DNA of 64,000 nt from Raillietiella orientalis (Eukaryota), in the NCBI GenBank assembly GCA_036172245.1, contig JAYWIR010000011.1:2108001-2172000 (forward strand). The letters are read 5' to 3'. A program made the translations under genes and the position numbers. Each line of letters starts with the position of its first letter. Position 1 is the stretch's first letter. This document shows positions 49,598 through 62,733 of the stretch, piece by piece. The notes beneath the pieces are model-generated. The model was not told the origin of the DNA and searched no databases. It was given only the letters and a program-made list of their open reading frames with translations.

Positions 49598-51760
49598 ATG
49601 GAAAACATGGAAGAGTTCATTGTTCTGGATAAGAATGATTCAGGAATTTCAATTTCTGAGAATTTCGATGGCAGCATGATAAAGGATCTTTTGCAGCAAT
49701 TTAAAATGCTATATGAAGAAAGATTGCAAGAACTTGAGGACTCTGCTGATGAGAATGGAAACAAGGTAATTATGCTTTATTATTGTATTACTAGTATACT
49801 TTTCATTTGAATTACAAAGATTTATAAAATGTGGTATTTTAAAGCTGAAAATGGAAGTATTGAAATCATGGATTAGAGATTTGGAAGACCAGAATCGTTT
49901 GTTGTGCCGAACCTTAAATTCTTTCGAAAATGAAGCAATCGAAAAAGTTTATCTTTTAGAAAAAAAGTTAAAATCGGCCGCTTTAACTATAGAACAATTT
50001 ACGGAAAAATCCAGTAACTATGAAAAACAGATACAGCGTTTGACAATGGAGAAGCTTAAATATGAACACGCTTGTCAGGTATTTCATTTAAGCATCAATA
50101 ATGACTGCACCAAAACTGGTAATATTTTATAATGTAAACTCTTGTGCAGATATGATATTTCTATATTAGTGCTATGCCGTCTTGTGATATTAATACTATT
50201 CTCAAATGAGTAAAGTGTAATAAGTAATGCTAGCCTAATCATTATGTTACATATTTTTTTCTTTTGCATATGAGCTTCTGATTTTGATGCAACTTGTAGG
50301 TTATTGAAGAAAAAAATAAAAAGCTTGCTGAGTACATAGTGACAATTCTTCAAGAGAATCCTTGTAATTTGGAAAACATTGTGTGGCCAAAGAAAAATGC
50401 CAACACCACATCAGAAACAACAAGAAGTCTTCCAAATATTTTGGGCCATAAGTAAGTGTGTTGCATGATCTTTGGAGATTTAATTCCATTCTTTAGATTA
50501 GGTTTATTCACTGCGCAGCAAATAAATGCATTGAAGATAACCAGATTTGGTTCTGATCCTCTGATTCATTTTTCTGAAGGGAATAATCAGGTACTTTTTC
50601 ACCTTGAACATGGCAGTTGTTTTTATTGATTATTCTGTTGGATATTTCTTTTAGATAGCCAAAGACCTAAAACCTGGTAATTGCTGTGCAGACTGTAAAA
50701 TTAAGTTAAGGTTAGTATTGCATGGTCATTAAAGTGTTGATGAAGTAGAAATGGTTGGTGATTGTTACAATAGACTAATATGCATGCATTTAAGCACATG
50801 ATTTACTTTTCAGAAAGAAAGAGTTTATGGTCACAAAATACTCCGAGTGCTGCCTTAAGGTAGGAAAAATGAATTCAATCTAGTTGTAAATTGAAAATTA
50901 TGAATCCTAAAATCATTTGAGCATTTGATCATATTTTGTTTCTTTCTTTTCTGTGTTCGATTTTGTGGTTGGTATTTTGAGATGTTTGTAAATTGACTTA
51001 TTGTGTACAAATATAGTGTGTGTAGTACATTGTGTAGTACTTTGTTTAACAATAATTTTTTTAAACACCATTTGACATGATATTAGAATAGTTTTTTTTT
51101 AGCATATGGTAGAGGACCGTGATTCTCTTATTGCAAGCATAGCAAGACAGTATGAAGTTATCAAACATTTAAAAGCAAAGTTCCAGAAACAGAAAGCTCT
51201 CAGAAAAAAACTTAAATTTGGATTCCATAAAAACTCTTGGGATTCTCAGAGTGATGTCAAGAAGCTTTCTTGTCACTTGGTTGATAGGGTAATCTAAGTA
51301 AAACTGTATTGTTCGGAACTGTTGTTTGTTAAGCAGACACATAAAGAAGTGCAGACAGATGCAGTGCATATGTGCACAGAATATCAAAATGAAGTATGTA
51401 TAGGAGTAGGTTGTTTCAGTTTGGTTCATTGTAGTGCAGATGTTTGCAACAGAAGAAAACAAGCTCCAGTTTAGGAAAACTGGTGGCAGTGTAGAAAATC
51501 CTTCTCATGAAACTCTGAATTTATTTCCACATAATGTATCAAACAGACATCAGGTGCTTCAAAATGAACAGTTGTCATCAGATTTGCTCTCAAGAGACAA
51601 ACATATATTGAACGAGGTGAAAGAAAACCGTAGTTTAAAGCGTTGTTCATTATTTTTATGTTTCCAGAACCTTAAATTTGCAGAATCTTTGCCCAGGAAA
51701 TTATCATTGGAAACTCAGCAACATACAAAAGCAAAGGGCCTCTCTCTTTCCCAGGATTAT
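49598..51760 (+). CDS. Coiled-coil protein, 5' exons (multi-exon, short AT-rich introns)
   Basis: Phase-consistent GT-AG exons 49598-49765, 49845-50078, 50300-50451, 50497-50590, 50655-50710, 50814-50859, 51103-51288, 51440-51616, 51668-51760; heptad-rich LLQQFKMLYEERLQEL..LKSWIRDLEDQNRLL..ENEAIEKVYLLEKKL. Confidence 0.8.
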
Positions 51761-52799
51761 GTAAGTGCACTATTTAATAATCAGCATCAAAATGCAAGCT
51801 TTTCAGAATTCCCTTGCATTTGCAGTTTGTAGATTTAGATGTGATATTGGGAAGGGAGGGCATTCTGCTGCATCTGCCTGCTCTACTAACCTAGTGTTCC
51901 TAGATTGTTATAACAGCATGTTATTGTTCAATAAACCTAAATATATAATATGTACATTTACTAAATGTAGTACTGTGTCAGTTTAATTAAACTTTCAACA
52001 GTAGTTCAAAAATTTCCCAAACTTGATGTCCAAATCGATTTTTACCAACATCTTGCAAGGACAAATTGTTTGCGACTTATTACTATTTTTAAGGCATTTC
52101 AGAATTTCAGTGTATTTGGCTCTTAAGATAAGGACTTACTCGAAATCGTTGTTGTATTTTTCTGTTGTCTGCCCTGGTATTTCTCTCCTTAAAATTCGTG
52201 TTTATCCCCACATGGGTTGTGCATGCATCGCATTGCACAAGGTCACGCAAAGTGACTTTGAAACCTCACCAAGCAGTAAGGATACTGCAACTGGGAACGA
52301 TTTCAAATGTGAAGGTTTCGTTTCGTTGAACGCAGTTGCACGTGCAACGGAAAGTGTTCCCATACCGAAGCTGGAAGATTTTCAAGTTCCAAGCCAAGTT
52401 CGGTTTTGAAAACGCGTGTTCACGAGGGATGCCTGTCTGGATCCTCGGGAAGAAGCACACCGTAACGAATGAGCAGCCTCGATTGAAATGAAAAAATTCC
52501 CTCTTCGGGCACCTTGCTTAGCAGGTCTTCCCCTTCGCTCCCGTCCTTTCGATCTGAAACCTTCACGTGGGGACAGCTCTGGCAATAACGAAATGTGCCA
52601 TCCTGGAGCAAGCAATCTTTGCATATCGTCGTCCCCTGCCGATGAATGAAAACGGATGAAAACTTCCTGATGATGCGTTATTAGAAAACGCTAGGACCAG
52701 GATGTGGTCAAGGACCTATCATGGTTCAAAACGGAACGAATCCTTCCAAGTACGAACGCTCATTTAATTTTTGCTGAATCTCACGAAGGTTCAGAGCTC

Positions 52800-53450
52800 G
52801 AGTGGACGGGCGCTGGCTATTTCCGGGCAGTGGGCTTTGCCCGCCCTCATTTGTTCTGTTTTTGTTTTCGCCTTCAGGTTTCGAGAGAGAAACAAACCAA
52901 ATGTACGTTTCCATGCGGTGGATCTCCTTATTAGGCGGAGGTTGCGTTGTACGAGCCCTGCGGGTTATGTACATGGATGATGTGACAGTATTTGAAAAAG
53001 ATATAAAATGTATCCGTAACGTTATGACAGTGCGAACATATTTGTTGTTTCGCTTTAAAACAAAAACGTCAGGTGTGTTTATTATTTAACTTGAAGTGTG
53101 CCAAAAAAAAAAAAAATTGGAATTTTGTTGGTATTCAGTAAATTCAAAGAACTCTGCAGTTGCGCCGTTTCATCCACAAAAGTTGGACAGAAACAGAATT
53201 CAGCCTTCTTCGTCACGTGGTCGTGTTCTTTCAAAACAAAAAAGAGCTGCCAGCTCGCAATGTACCGCAAAAATAAGCTCACAGTTTATTTACAGAGTCG
53301 TACGGAACGGGTTTACCGCTTTTCACCAGGGCTGTGGTCACTTTTTTTCGTCACCGTGCACGCTGTACAGAAACCTACTACTGTACGTGTGTTTCGGAGC
53401 GCGGAGCGGTGTTGAGTACACACATCGAGACTGGCTCTGGACAGCGTATT
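52800..53450 (+). mobile_element. Degenerate L1/Tx1-like RT fragment (probably intronic)
   Basis: GSGLCPPSFVLF (decayed QGCPLSP), GGG..V..MYMDDVTVF catalytic motif, later HRDWLW. Confidence 0.6.
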
Positions 53451-54105
53451 CGCATATTACCGTGATTGCCTCCGGCGTATATGAAAACATACGTGTAAAA
53501 GCTTCGCCGTCAAGAAACGAGAAAGGAAACCACTCATCCTCGCGGACTAGGCATGAATCTGTTCATTTCTGTATTTGTACACCGTAATGAAGAAAGTGTC
53601 CTAAAGTCTTGCTGGGTGTCTTCGAGGTCTTTTCTTTTTTTCGGTTTTATTCCTTATTCTCACGATGAACCAACCTTATGCTAGTTAAATGTTCCTGATG
53701 ATAACGACATGCTCGTTCAGCGAAGCCTTTGCTATTCTTTACCAAACTTTGAATTCGTGATGAGGAGCATCGGGATGCCAAGTCTCTCCGTTCACTCCAC
53801 ACTCTTCAAACTCTCTCCCTGTTCACTCCTCCTGTTCGACACAAACAGGCGACATCAGAATCAGCCTGCGTCTCAATCAGTAAGACAACTACTGTATTAG
53901 GATAAATTTTCTTTCTTCTGGGGACCGGTGACTGTCGGTTGGATTTGTGTTCGTTTTTATGGAAGCCACTTTAGTGACCACTGCTCATCACCATCTTACA
54001 TTTCAACGGTCGTCTAATCCGAACATCATCTAAGAAAGGTGGAGCAATTGCAAAAATGAGAAAAAGAAAATGGTTTTCCGTATCTTCACGCCAACCGTGA
54101 TCATA

Positions 54106-54141
54106 CACAAACTAGGTTATCAACCGATAACCTAGTTTGTG
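54106..54141. repeat. Perfect 16-bp inverted repeat with a 4-nt loop
   Basis: cacaaactaggttatc-aacc-gataacctagtttgtg. Confidence 0.9.
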
Positions 54142-55980
54142 CCACGCCATCTTGTTGCTGGATGAAATCATCCTCGGTGGAGTTCTCCGAGCTTGATGAT
54201 TTTTTAACTTCTAAGTCCAGAGGAAAGTCTTCGCCTGTGCAGCCACCATTCAGTTAGTGCCTTGACAGGAATGAACGAGAGCTTGCATTGAAAGCAATAA
54301 GAGTGCTTGCCGGTGAAGCAAAGGTCCGCACCTTTGCTTCACCGGCAAGGTCTTCACCTTTGCTCTCCTGCTCCTCCAGGGTCCGGAACCCTGCTGTTGC
54401 CGCAAGCTCGATCAGCAGCAACCAAAGCAAACGCGGCCGAATGCATTTGCTGCTTGTCTGGTTCGAAGGGATGGCCCAGGGAGAGCTGCATTGGTTCCGG
54501 CCGAGGTTGCTGGCTCTGCTGCCAGGCTGGGGTCAGCTAAGATCGGCGAAGATGGCGAATGCCGCTCTCAGCTCTATCAACGCCCTTCTACCCTTACGCG
54601 GGATAGTCTGGAATCGGTCACCGGCCAAAAAGGGATGCAAAGGAGTGGTCGGTTCTTTCTCTCGCATCTTCCCTCCTCCGGCTTGCTGGTTGCCAAGCAG
54701 CAGCAGCTCTGAGGTCGCGGTCCAAGGAGCCGGCTAGCTGTGCGGGTATATGAGGCAGCAGTCTTTCCCACTTGCGCGGTCGGATCCCATCGCCTTCCTG
54801 TAATGTGGTCTCTCCTTCGTTGTTCCCGGCAGCTTCGTTTCGAAGGAGACTGCTCCTGCCTCATCTTTTCCCGTTCCTCAACTGCAGGACGCCGCCTCTG
54901 GTGCGTTCCATACGTGAGAAGGGAGTGCTGTTCTCCGATGGGACAGCCGCTGCATCTGATGGGGGGAGTTGCAAGATGGCGGCGCCGTCCTCATCGGAGC
55001 AGTAGCTCCCGTTCCTCTCTCCCCTTCCGGAAACGGCGTCCTGAGCTGTGAAGGGGAAGCGACCCCTCGATCTCCCCGTTGCACCCCCTGGGACAACGTG
55101 TGCTGTCTCTCTTCCGGGAGAGGGGGGGGGGGACCGTCGATCAACTGCCCTTTCGCCCCCTTGGTAACGCAGCCTCTTGGGAACTTTGGCAGTCGACTCG
55201 ATTTAGTGGCGGCGGCGGCATCGTTTCGAGGTTCCTGCCGCGTTCGGTGATTGGGAGGGTGGGGCGGGAGGGAGAGCGAGCGCGTTCCAGGAAGGAGGGG
55301 GAAAGAGGCAGGGTTTTCCGGGTTTTCGCGGATTCCGTGCCGTGACCATCGGTGCTGCAGGTTTCTTCTATCTCCTCCAGGGACTCGCGTGCGGCGGAGG
55401 GGGGGAGGAGAGGAGGAGAGAGCGCATCCGTGAGCGTGGGAAGAGGAGGGAGGGAGGGTGGCAGCTGACTTGCCGTCCCCTCCCTCCCTCCCCGCTTTGC
55501 TTGGCTCGGTGCTTCCTTCGGATGCCCCCTCGCGTGCCGATAACACTTGGGGAGGACGGCCTCCTTCAAGCTCCTTGCTCACCCATCCCCTCCTGCCGCC
55601 GTTCCTTCCTTTTTCCCCGGTTCCTTTCAGCGCCTCCTTCCCGTAAACAGCAGGCGGGCGCCGCGCCTCTGAGCCGGTGGGACGGGGCGAGGGGAAGACG
55701 AGGACAAGGGGAGAGTTTCCTCCTCCCTCTCTCCCTGGGCCGCCCCCCTTCCACCTACCCATCGGTATTGGTGTCGGCCTGCGGGTGCAGCCGGGAGCGG
55801 CAAGTCCGCGCGTGCCTCATCCCATCAATCCCCTTCCGCTTTCGCTCTCATCCCTGCGCGTCTTCCCGGAAACGCCCCACGCCTCAGGCGCGTGCGTCCG
55901 ACGGACGTCCTACCATCTTCTTCCCTCGTGGACCCCTCTGCTCCGCGCCACCCGCTCACCTCCGCTCATCCCTCTTCCAG

Positions 55981-57509
55981 AGCGTCGCCCTCCGCGACAC
56001 GCTTGCCGGCTACGCGAGCGCCATGAGGGAGATGCGGAGGAACCTGAGAGTCGCGTGCGCCGAGAGCAGAGCGCTGCTTCAGGAGAGGTCCAGGATGTAC
56101 GCCGAGTACCAGGTAAGGGGTGGTGAACGGGAATTGTCCAGGTGCAGCTGGTCTCCTCCCCTCCGGCCCCGAGCTCCTGGTGTCGCCATCCCACCCTTCG
56201 TGGGCGCCGCCCTGTCCATGCCGACGCAAGGAGGAGGCGGAGGAGACGGGCGGGAGCAACCGGGGAGGGAGCTCCTGTGTAAGATTTCTCCGATGAGAGT
56301 TCCGGAAGAAATAGTGAGGCCCGCAGCCGAGGTCCGCCCCGTAGGACCCCGAGGGTTTGCCCGCCAATAGGGAGACGAGAGCGGCGTCGGGCACCTGCTG
56401 AGTGTCCGCCGACCCTTTGTCACGCTACCACCACCCCTCTCTCTCTCTCCGGGGGACTCGATGCTCGTTCTTGATGCAGAATCGTGCGGAGACCCCGGGC
56501 TGCGGCGATGCTCATTCGGGGAATGATTCGACCCCCCCACCCACACCCCTGGGAACCACACAGTCCAGCTCGGGCGGTGGCGGCTGCAGAAAGCTCACAG
56601 AGTCCCTTTGCCCCCTCCCCCTCGGAGTGGGATGACCTGGAGCCGGGAAGATGCGCGCTCTTCCGAGGAACTAGGAGGGGGCAAGCACGGAGCAGGATCT
56701 CCACCCACCCCCCTGCTCCTCCAAAGACCTCTCCAGCAAGGGAGGATCCTCCTTCACCTAGATTTCCGCCCTCATCTCCAGTGGGGACACTCCCCTTCCC
56801 CCTCTCCCTCTCTCCCAAGAGATGCAAGCGGGAAAGCGGGGCTCCGGAGCCCACCTGCCGGTGATCGTCTCCCGAGGCGGAGGCGCGGGGCCGGTCTCTG
56901 GTATTCTGCCGTTTCCTCCTCCTCCTCCACGGGATCCCTCGCTGACCCGTTCGGACGCAGATGGATGCTCTGTCGACCCCTCCTCTTCCCCACAATTCCC
57001 TCCACCCCCCTCTCCGGGGAGGAGGAGGAGGAGGGAGGGAAGACCTCGGCCTTCCGGATTTTCAGCCGACTCTCTCCCTCCTCCCCCCTTTCCCCGAGGA
57101 GTGGAGGCGGCGCCCCCGCCCGCGCCGCACTCCCTTCGACTGAGCCGTCCGCCCCCACCCGCCTGCCCTTCTCCAGCGCTTGCATTTCAGTTGCAGATGA
57201 GCAGCTTCAGCGGGGAGGCGTCGGCGCGAGAAGAGATGTACAAGAAGGAGGTCGCCACGCTGGAGAGGAGGGTGCTGCAACTGCTGGATCAGGTCGCTGT
57301 CGGGTTCATCTTCCCTTCTGGTCATCACGGGAGGGAGAATTTGGGGGGGGGGGAGAGGAGATCCGGAAAGTCCGCGGGGTGCTGACGGTCAGCGTATTTC
57401 CCAGCTGTCGGAGCAGCAGGAACTCTACAAGAACGTTGGCGCCACGTGCCGCGCGCTCCGGAGGCAGAAGATGGTCCTGGAGGAGGCAGTGCACGATCTG
57501 CGGATGCAG
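55981..57509 (+). CDS. Coiled-coil exons (55981-56112, 57191-57292, 57405-57509), probably the 3' part of the gene starting at 49598
   Basis: All phase 0 with cag|...|gt: SVALRDTLAGYASAMREMRRNL...AEYQ; LQMSSFSGEASAREEMYKKEVATLERRVLQLLDQ; LSEQQELYKNV...LEEAVHDLRMQ. Confidence 0.75.
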
Positions 57510-60500
57510 GTACCGTTGCGGCGGTGTTCCCGAAGAGCCTTGGGGGGAGGGGGGATCCTCCTTGCCGCGCACGCATCTCTGCATCCTCCCGTGGTCCCTG
57601 ACCTTTTCCCTCCCCAGCACGCGCTCTCGCGCAGAGCTTCGCGGGAAAAATCGTCCCACGGCACCACCTCTCCCCCCCCCCCTCTCTCCCATCTTCCTTC
57701 CCCCCACACTTAAGGACGTTCCGTTCTTCTTCCCCCAATGCCAGGTCCTGGCTCCAGCGGACGGGAAGAACGTCGGCTGCTCTCCTCCGCAGGGGACACG
57801 CGCCCGCAGCCCCCCCGCGGCTCCGAAGCCGTCGATCCCCAAGGATTCGCCCGCCGAAAAGAACGATCCGCCCGCTTCCCTGCCGGGACTGTGGGCGCGG
57901 TCCAGAGCGAGAGCCTCCGCTGCCATCCTGCACGAGGCCGCCGCTGCCGGCGAGCGCGAGGGTAGGCCCCCGAGGGCGTCTCCCCAGAACGCGGCGGGCG
58001 GAGCGAGGAAGCTGCTCCGCGTCGCAGTCACCTTCAGGGGCCGGCCCGCCGCGCAGCCTCCACGGAAACCGGGAAGACGCAGGCGGCTTTCCCCCCTCGA
58101 GGTCTCGCGGGTCCCGCCCACCGGGCCTCCCGGAAAAGTCCCGTCTCCATCCTCGCCGCTGCTGCTGCCTCTCGGGAAAGCGGAGGCGCATTCCGCTCCA
58201 GGTACTTCCGGCTCCTCCCTTTCGGTCTCCCGGCGACGCACGCGCGCGCGAACCTCTCCCCACGTCCCTTCCCCTCTGCCTATTCCAGGAGGCGACAGGT
58301 CCCGGGCGTCCCTCGAGTGAGACGCGCCCGCGCAAGGGGGAGAACCTGGCGCTCCAGGGGTCGGAGGCAGCAGACGAGCTAGGAGCATCCGACGTTCCCT
58401 GGCGCCCCTCAGGGCACGTCCCTCCCTGCCATGTGGGTCAGCCCTCCCACTACGGCACACCTCGCCCCACCCCACCTCTACCCTCACGGAGCGGCGCGAG
58501 CACTCCGGAGCATCAGCGAGCAAGCGGTGGCGCCGCTTCCAAAAACCCTGCGAATAAAGCCGTGCTCAGTGGGAAATCGTGGCGGGGTACCGCCACACCC
58601 GTTCCGGGAGCGCCCGCTGCGGTCGGGAAAAGCGCGCGTTCGGCCGCTCTCGCTCGTCCCCGCGACTGTTTCGCTCTCCTGAGGAAGACCGAGGGGATGC
58701 CGTCGCCGGACGACCAGGGTGACCAGCGACGAGATTCCTCCGCTGCCTTGGAACCACGCCGGCGAAGAAAGGTCGCTGGCCGTGCAGAGCGGAGAGCGGT
58801 GTGAGTCCCTCCCCTCCTCCTCCTCCTTCCCCCTCCCGGAGAAAAGCGGGGAGAGCCATGCCACCGTGCAGGGAGGGGCAGGCGACCGGACGATCCCCTT
58901 CCCCTGGAAATCCTCGCCGCGCGGGAGAGAGTCGGGCGCGGCGACGCTCGAAGGGAGGAAGGCAACCCCTAAGTGCCCCTCGACGCGGAGCTTCGATGCG
59001 ACGAGCAGGAAGGCTTTGATAGGGGTCGCGCGCGCGGGGCGTCCGCCCAGCGAGCGCGTGTGCCGAAAGCACGGAAGACGTCCTTCCGTGCTTTCGGTTG
59101 GTGGCTCCCGGAATATCTGGCAAGGCGGTAAGGCACTGAGACTCGCAGAACATCGTCCGAGGAGACCGGGCGAAGCAGGAGAGGGAAGGGGCGGACTACA
59201 CCTGCAAAGGGTGGGTGCGCGCGCCCTAGGCGCACGGGTGTGGTCAGCGAGGCGGCCGAACGGAGCCACAGCGCGAGCGGCTTCGCGAGCGACTCCGAGA
59301 ACTCCTCCCCCTCCCCCTCGTGCAGCGCCGCAACGACGAGAGCGCGCTCACGGCCACCCTCGTCACCGGCCAGAGCGCGTGCCTGCCGCGCCCCCCGTCC
59401 GGGGAGGCTGGCGTTCACAAGTCGGAAAGGTGCGAGGGCGGGCGAGCAGGAAGCACGCAAGCTCGAAGCGAACGTCGTGCGCCGACCGTCGCTTTGCCTC
59501 GCCAAACGGCACGCGAGGGCGGATGCTTGAAAAACGGAAGGAAGGGCAGCATCGAAGACGCGAAAAAGCCACCATTCGCCGTCGCAGGTCACGAGGGTGC
59601 GCGGAAGGGGCGCGAGGTTCCCCCACGTGCGAGTCCGTCCCTTCCGCAACGGGAGGAGCGTCTGGTTCCTGCAGAGGGATAACCTCCACCCTCTGGGGCA
59701 CGATTCGCACCTCTTGTCTTCGGAAGGAGCAGGCGGTCTCCTGAAACTTGCAGGCACCTCTCCTTAGAGATGCGTTCGCAGAGCAACGAAACGGGCGAAC
59801 CAAACAGAGGCTGTGAAATTCGCCGGCAGCGAGTGCGCGGCCCCTGCTGCACCGGGTAAAAAGTTGAGGCACCGAACCACTTCGCCGGCGTGGTTCTGCC
59901 ATGTTGCCACTCAAGATTGAACAAAAAGAAAAAACAAGGATCTGTCTGCCTGGCAACTGGCATGCACGAAGAAACGTGCTGCTGCTCCTTGGTTTTCGAA
60001 ACTCCTGGAAAAATCTATTTCTTCCATACTGTCCACTAGGAAAATGTCCACGGATACAGTTCAAACTCAATGCCGAGTAGAGGAAGCTTGAAAAGAACGA
60101 AATGCATAAGTTGCTAATTTAGCGCGGTGCATTTCGGACTGAACGGACAGGAAGATGCAAACGCGCTTCTTCCATCGGACCGAAAAACAACCTCTTCCAA
60201 TATGAGGTTCGCAAGAGCAGAACCCTTCAAGGGTCGGAGCTGGTCGCCTTGAAAGCGGGATGAAAGACGTGTCTTCGGTCAGAATCCGGGAGCACAGGGA
60301 GGTCAAAAAAACCAGCTTCCTACGCATCATTGGAGCGGAAGGTGGGCAGCGGAGCAGGATGCTCACCTGTGTGTCCGTTCGTGAGAGGGAAACTAAAAGC
60401 CGTTGGTTTCGTGGCATCAGTTGAAAATCTCGCTGGCGCCCTTCAAGCTCTTCGCGTGTACCTGCACGCCTCTCCAGCAACCCTCAAGTCGTCTCCAAGT

Positions 60501-60785
60501 ACTGTGAATCTGCCTTCACTTGTCTCACTCTTGCCCCCACCACAATCACACGATAAGGAGTTCTCGGCGTTTTACGACTGAGAACGTCATGCTCGCCGAG
60601 GCACTGGCTACTTGGGAACGTTCCAAAGTTCATCAACGTGCTTTTGGACATTTGAAGCATGTGAAAAGTCCCTTGAAAAACTTTTCATGAATCGCAGCAC
60701 GTACTTTCTGACAGCTTCACAGAGCTGAGCAGTTCGGAACCAATGAGTCACTGGACCATTCTGTACACATGCAAGTAATCGCAGA

Positions 60786-61130
60786 GTGCCAGGAACCATC
60801 TCCGCCCTAAAACCAGACCTGGTTTTAGAGAAAAGCGACCGAATAGGTGTGCTGGACATCTCTTGCCCATTTGAAAACGGAAAGGAGGCGTTCGCCACAT
60901 CTAGGAAAATAAAGGAGGCCAGACACCAGGATGTCGCCATGCAACTCGGAAACACTGGGAAAATAACCAAAGTGCAGGCGATCCTTATCGGCCCACTTGG
61001 AGCATGGGATCCTGAAAACGACAACGTTCTACAATACCTAAAAATTCCGAAGAAGCTCGTAAGGCTATGACAGAGGATGTAGCCACCCCCCGCATCCGCT
61101 TCTCTAGTAGCATCTATGCAACACATGTAA
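60786..61130 (+). mobile_element. Restriction-like (REL) endonuclease domain of an R2-group non-LTR retrotransposon (Utopia/NeSL-like), relic
   Basis: LKPDLV...VLDISCPFENG..AF...RKIK...AILIGPLGAWDPEN...LKI, then out-of-frame IRFSSSIYATHV, which resembles the IxWSRxIYxxH C-terminus. Confidence 0.8.
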
Positions 61131-62685
61131 GAAGAAAAAATGCAGCCCAACCAGATGACCTGGACAATGCTCTCACCCTGGAAGAGAGCACCGAAGAACC
61201 GTGAAGAACACGGAGCAAACTCGCGAAAGATTCTCCAGAGCCATTCCAGCAATAGTTTTTGTAATAACCCAAATGCTCAATAAGTATACATCGAACAAAT
61301 AAGGAATCACCTGGTTCCTTATTCACGCTTAAACCCATGTTGCAAGAACCGTTCCCGCCATTTCACCCATCCATTCGATTCGTTCCACAAGAAAGTTTGC
61401 CGCAGATGTGAACCAAAACTCAGCAACCGCTGACAACCTCGCTTTTACATCAATCAATTCGGTGGCAGAGGAATAGGAGGCTGATCAAGCTTTGCATCCC
61501 CTGATAGCAAGCTGGTGATTTTCATAACTGTCAACGGAGATGGTACGAATGTCCTTCAGATCACTCGTGGTGTTCTTCCATGAGCAACTGCTCGTGCTCT
61601 TGCGTCTCATCGTTTTAAAGAGTAGATCAAGTCCTACACAGCTGCGCAAGTTTTCTCACTTCCACCACCAAGGTCTGTTTCATTTCCTCGGCATTACGGG
61701 TTCGATAGGATCTTCGACCGTATGTTCACAGATAACGGAAAACGACGAATGTGCTTGTCATAGGGTACACATATGCATTTTATGTTTGTTAGTGCTCATT
61801 CAGCATGCAACGTGAAGTCGGCAACCCATAAATGAATGGAAAAACGTTGAAAAGATTGCTAGTGTTTCCTGTGGTCTTCAACTAAACTTCAGCATTAAGA
61901 CCGGAAAAGACACCATTTCAGCCATGCAAGCACGTGGTCGACTTGAAATCCTACTTTCCAACCAAGTTGTGCAGTTGATTTCATTCGTGAGCACTTGCAA
62001 ACCGGTAAATGCAAAAGTACGGATCACAAAAGCTACCCCCAAGTTCTCTTTCGTTTATCGCCTCGAAAGGAAGGTCTTCTTCATGCCAGTGGAATAGGTA
62101 CGGCTGAAGCTCACAATTTCCCCCATCCATTCAAGGACGACGTCGTCCGGAGGAACCGGTCCCACGCATAAGAAGAAACGAAAAGAAAAAGTCGTCGAAT
62201 GAAATTTTTCAAAAGGAAGACGAATGAGATCGTGAATAAATGGGGGGGAAAAATTGGATAAAAACCAGTTTACTTTATGGAAGCATGGTCTGTACGTCGT
62301 CGTCTCATTCACGTGCACCAGGTGTGGCAAACTCATTTCAACGGCGGGCCATTGCATGCGACTGGTAAGATTCACAAGGCTACAAATTTTCTTAAAAATA
62401 CAAAAAATAGGGGTTTAATATAAATTTTAAAAATTCAAATAACCGCAGCTACTTACATTTTTTTTAAAATCGAGACAAAGAAATTAGCGCAAATGCCTTT
62501 CATTAAAATTCGTTAAATCAACAAAACCTCGGGTCACATTTAACGCTGCATTTGGACTTTGTCTCCCACGGTTGACCAGTGCATCACACAGCACGTGACA
62601 TAGCAACGACGTTATTTGCTTTTTCTTCGTAGCATATTCTTCGTGTTTTTCCATTTTATTTCATAGCATAAAATCATTTCATGCA

Positions 62686-62733
62686 TGCGGGCCACATAAA
62701 ATCACATCGAGGGCCGCCAATTTGACACCCCTG
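62686..62733. mobile_element. Terminus of a hAT (Charlie-like) DNA transposon
   Basis: gcgggccacataaaat...gggccg..tttgacacccctg; reverse complement starts CAGGGGTGTCAAA; partner end not found. Confidence 0.55.

Noticed and set aside
56608..59757. 570-, 405-, 341- and 336-aa ORFs
   Set aside because: Stop-poor GC-rich sequence; the coding signal lies in short GT-AG exons read in other frames
61450..61700. hAT transposase C-terminal remnant (HEQLLVLLRL..KSRSSPT)
   Set aside because: Similarity too weak to call without a profile search
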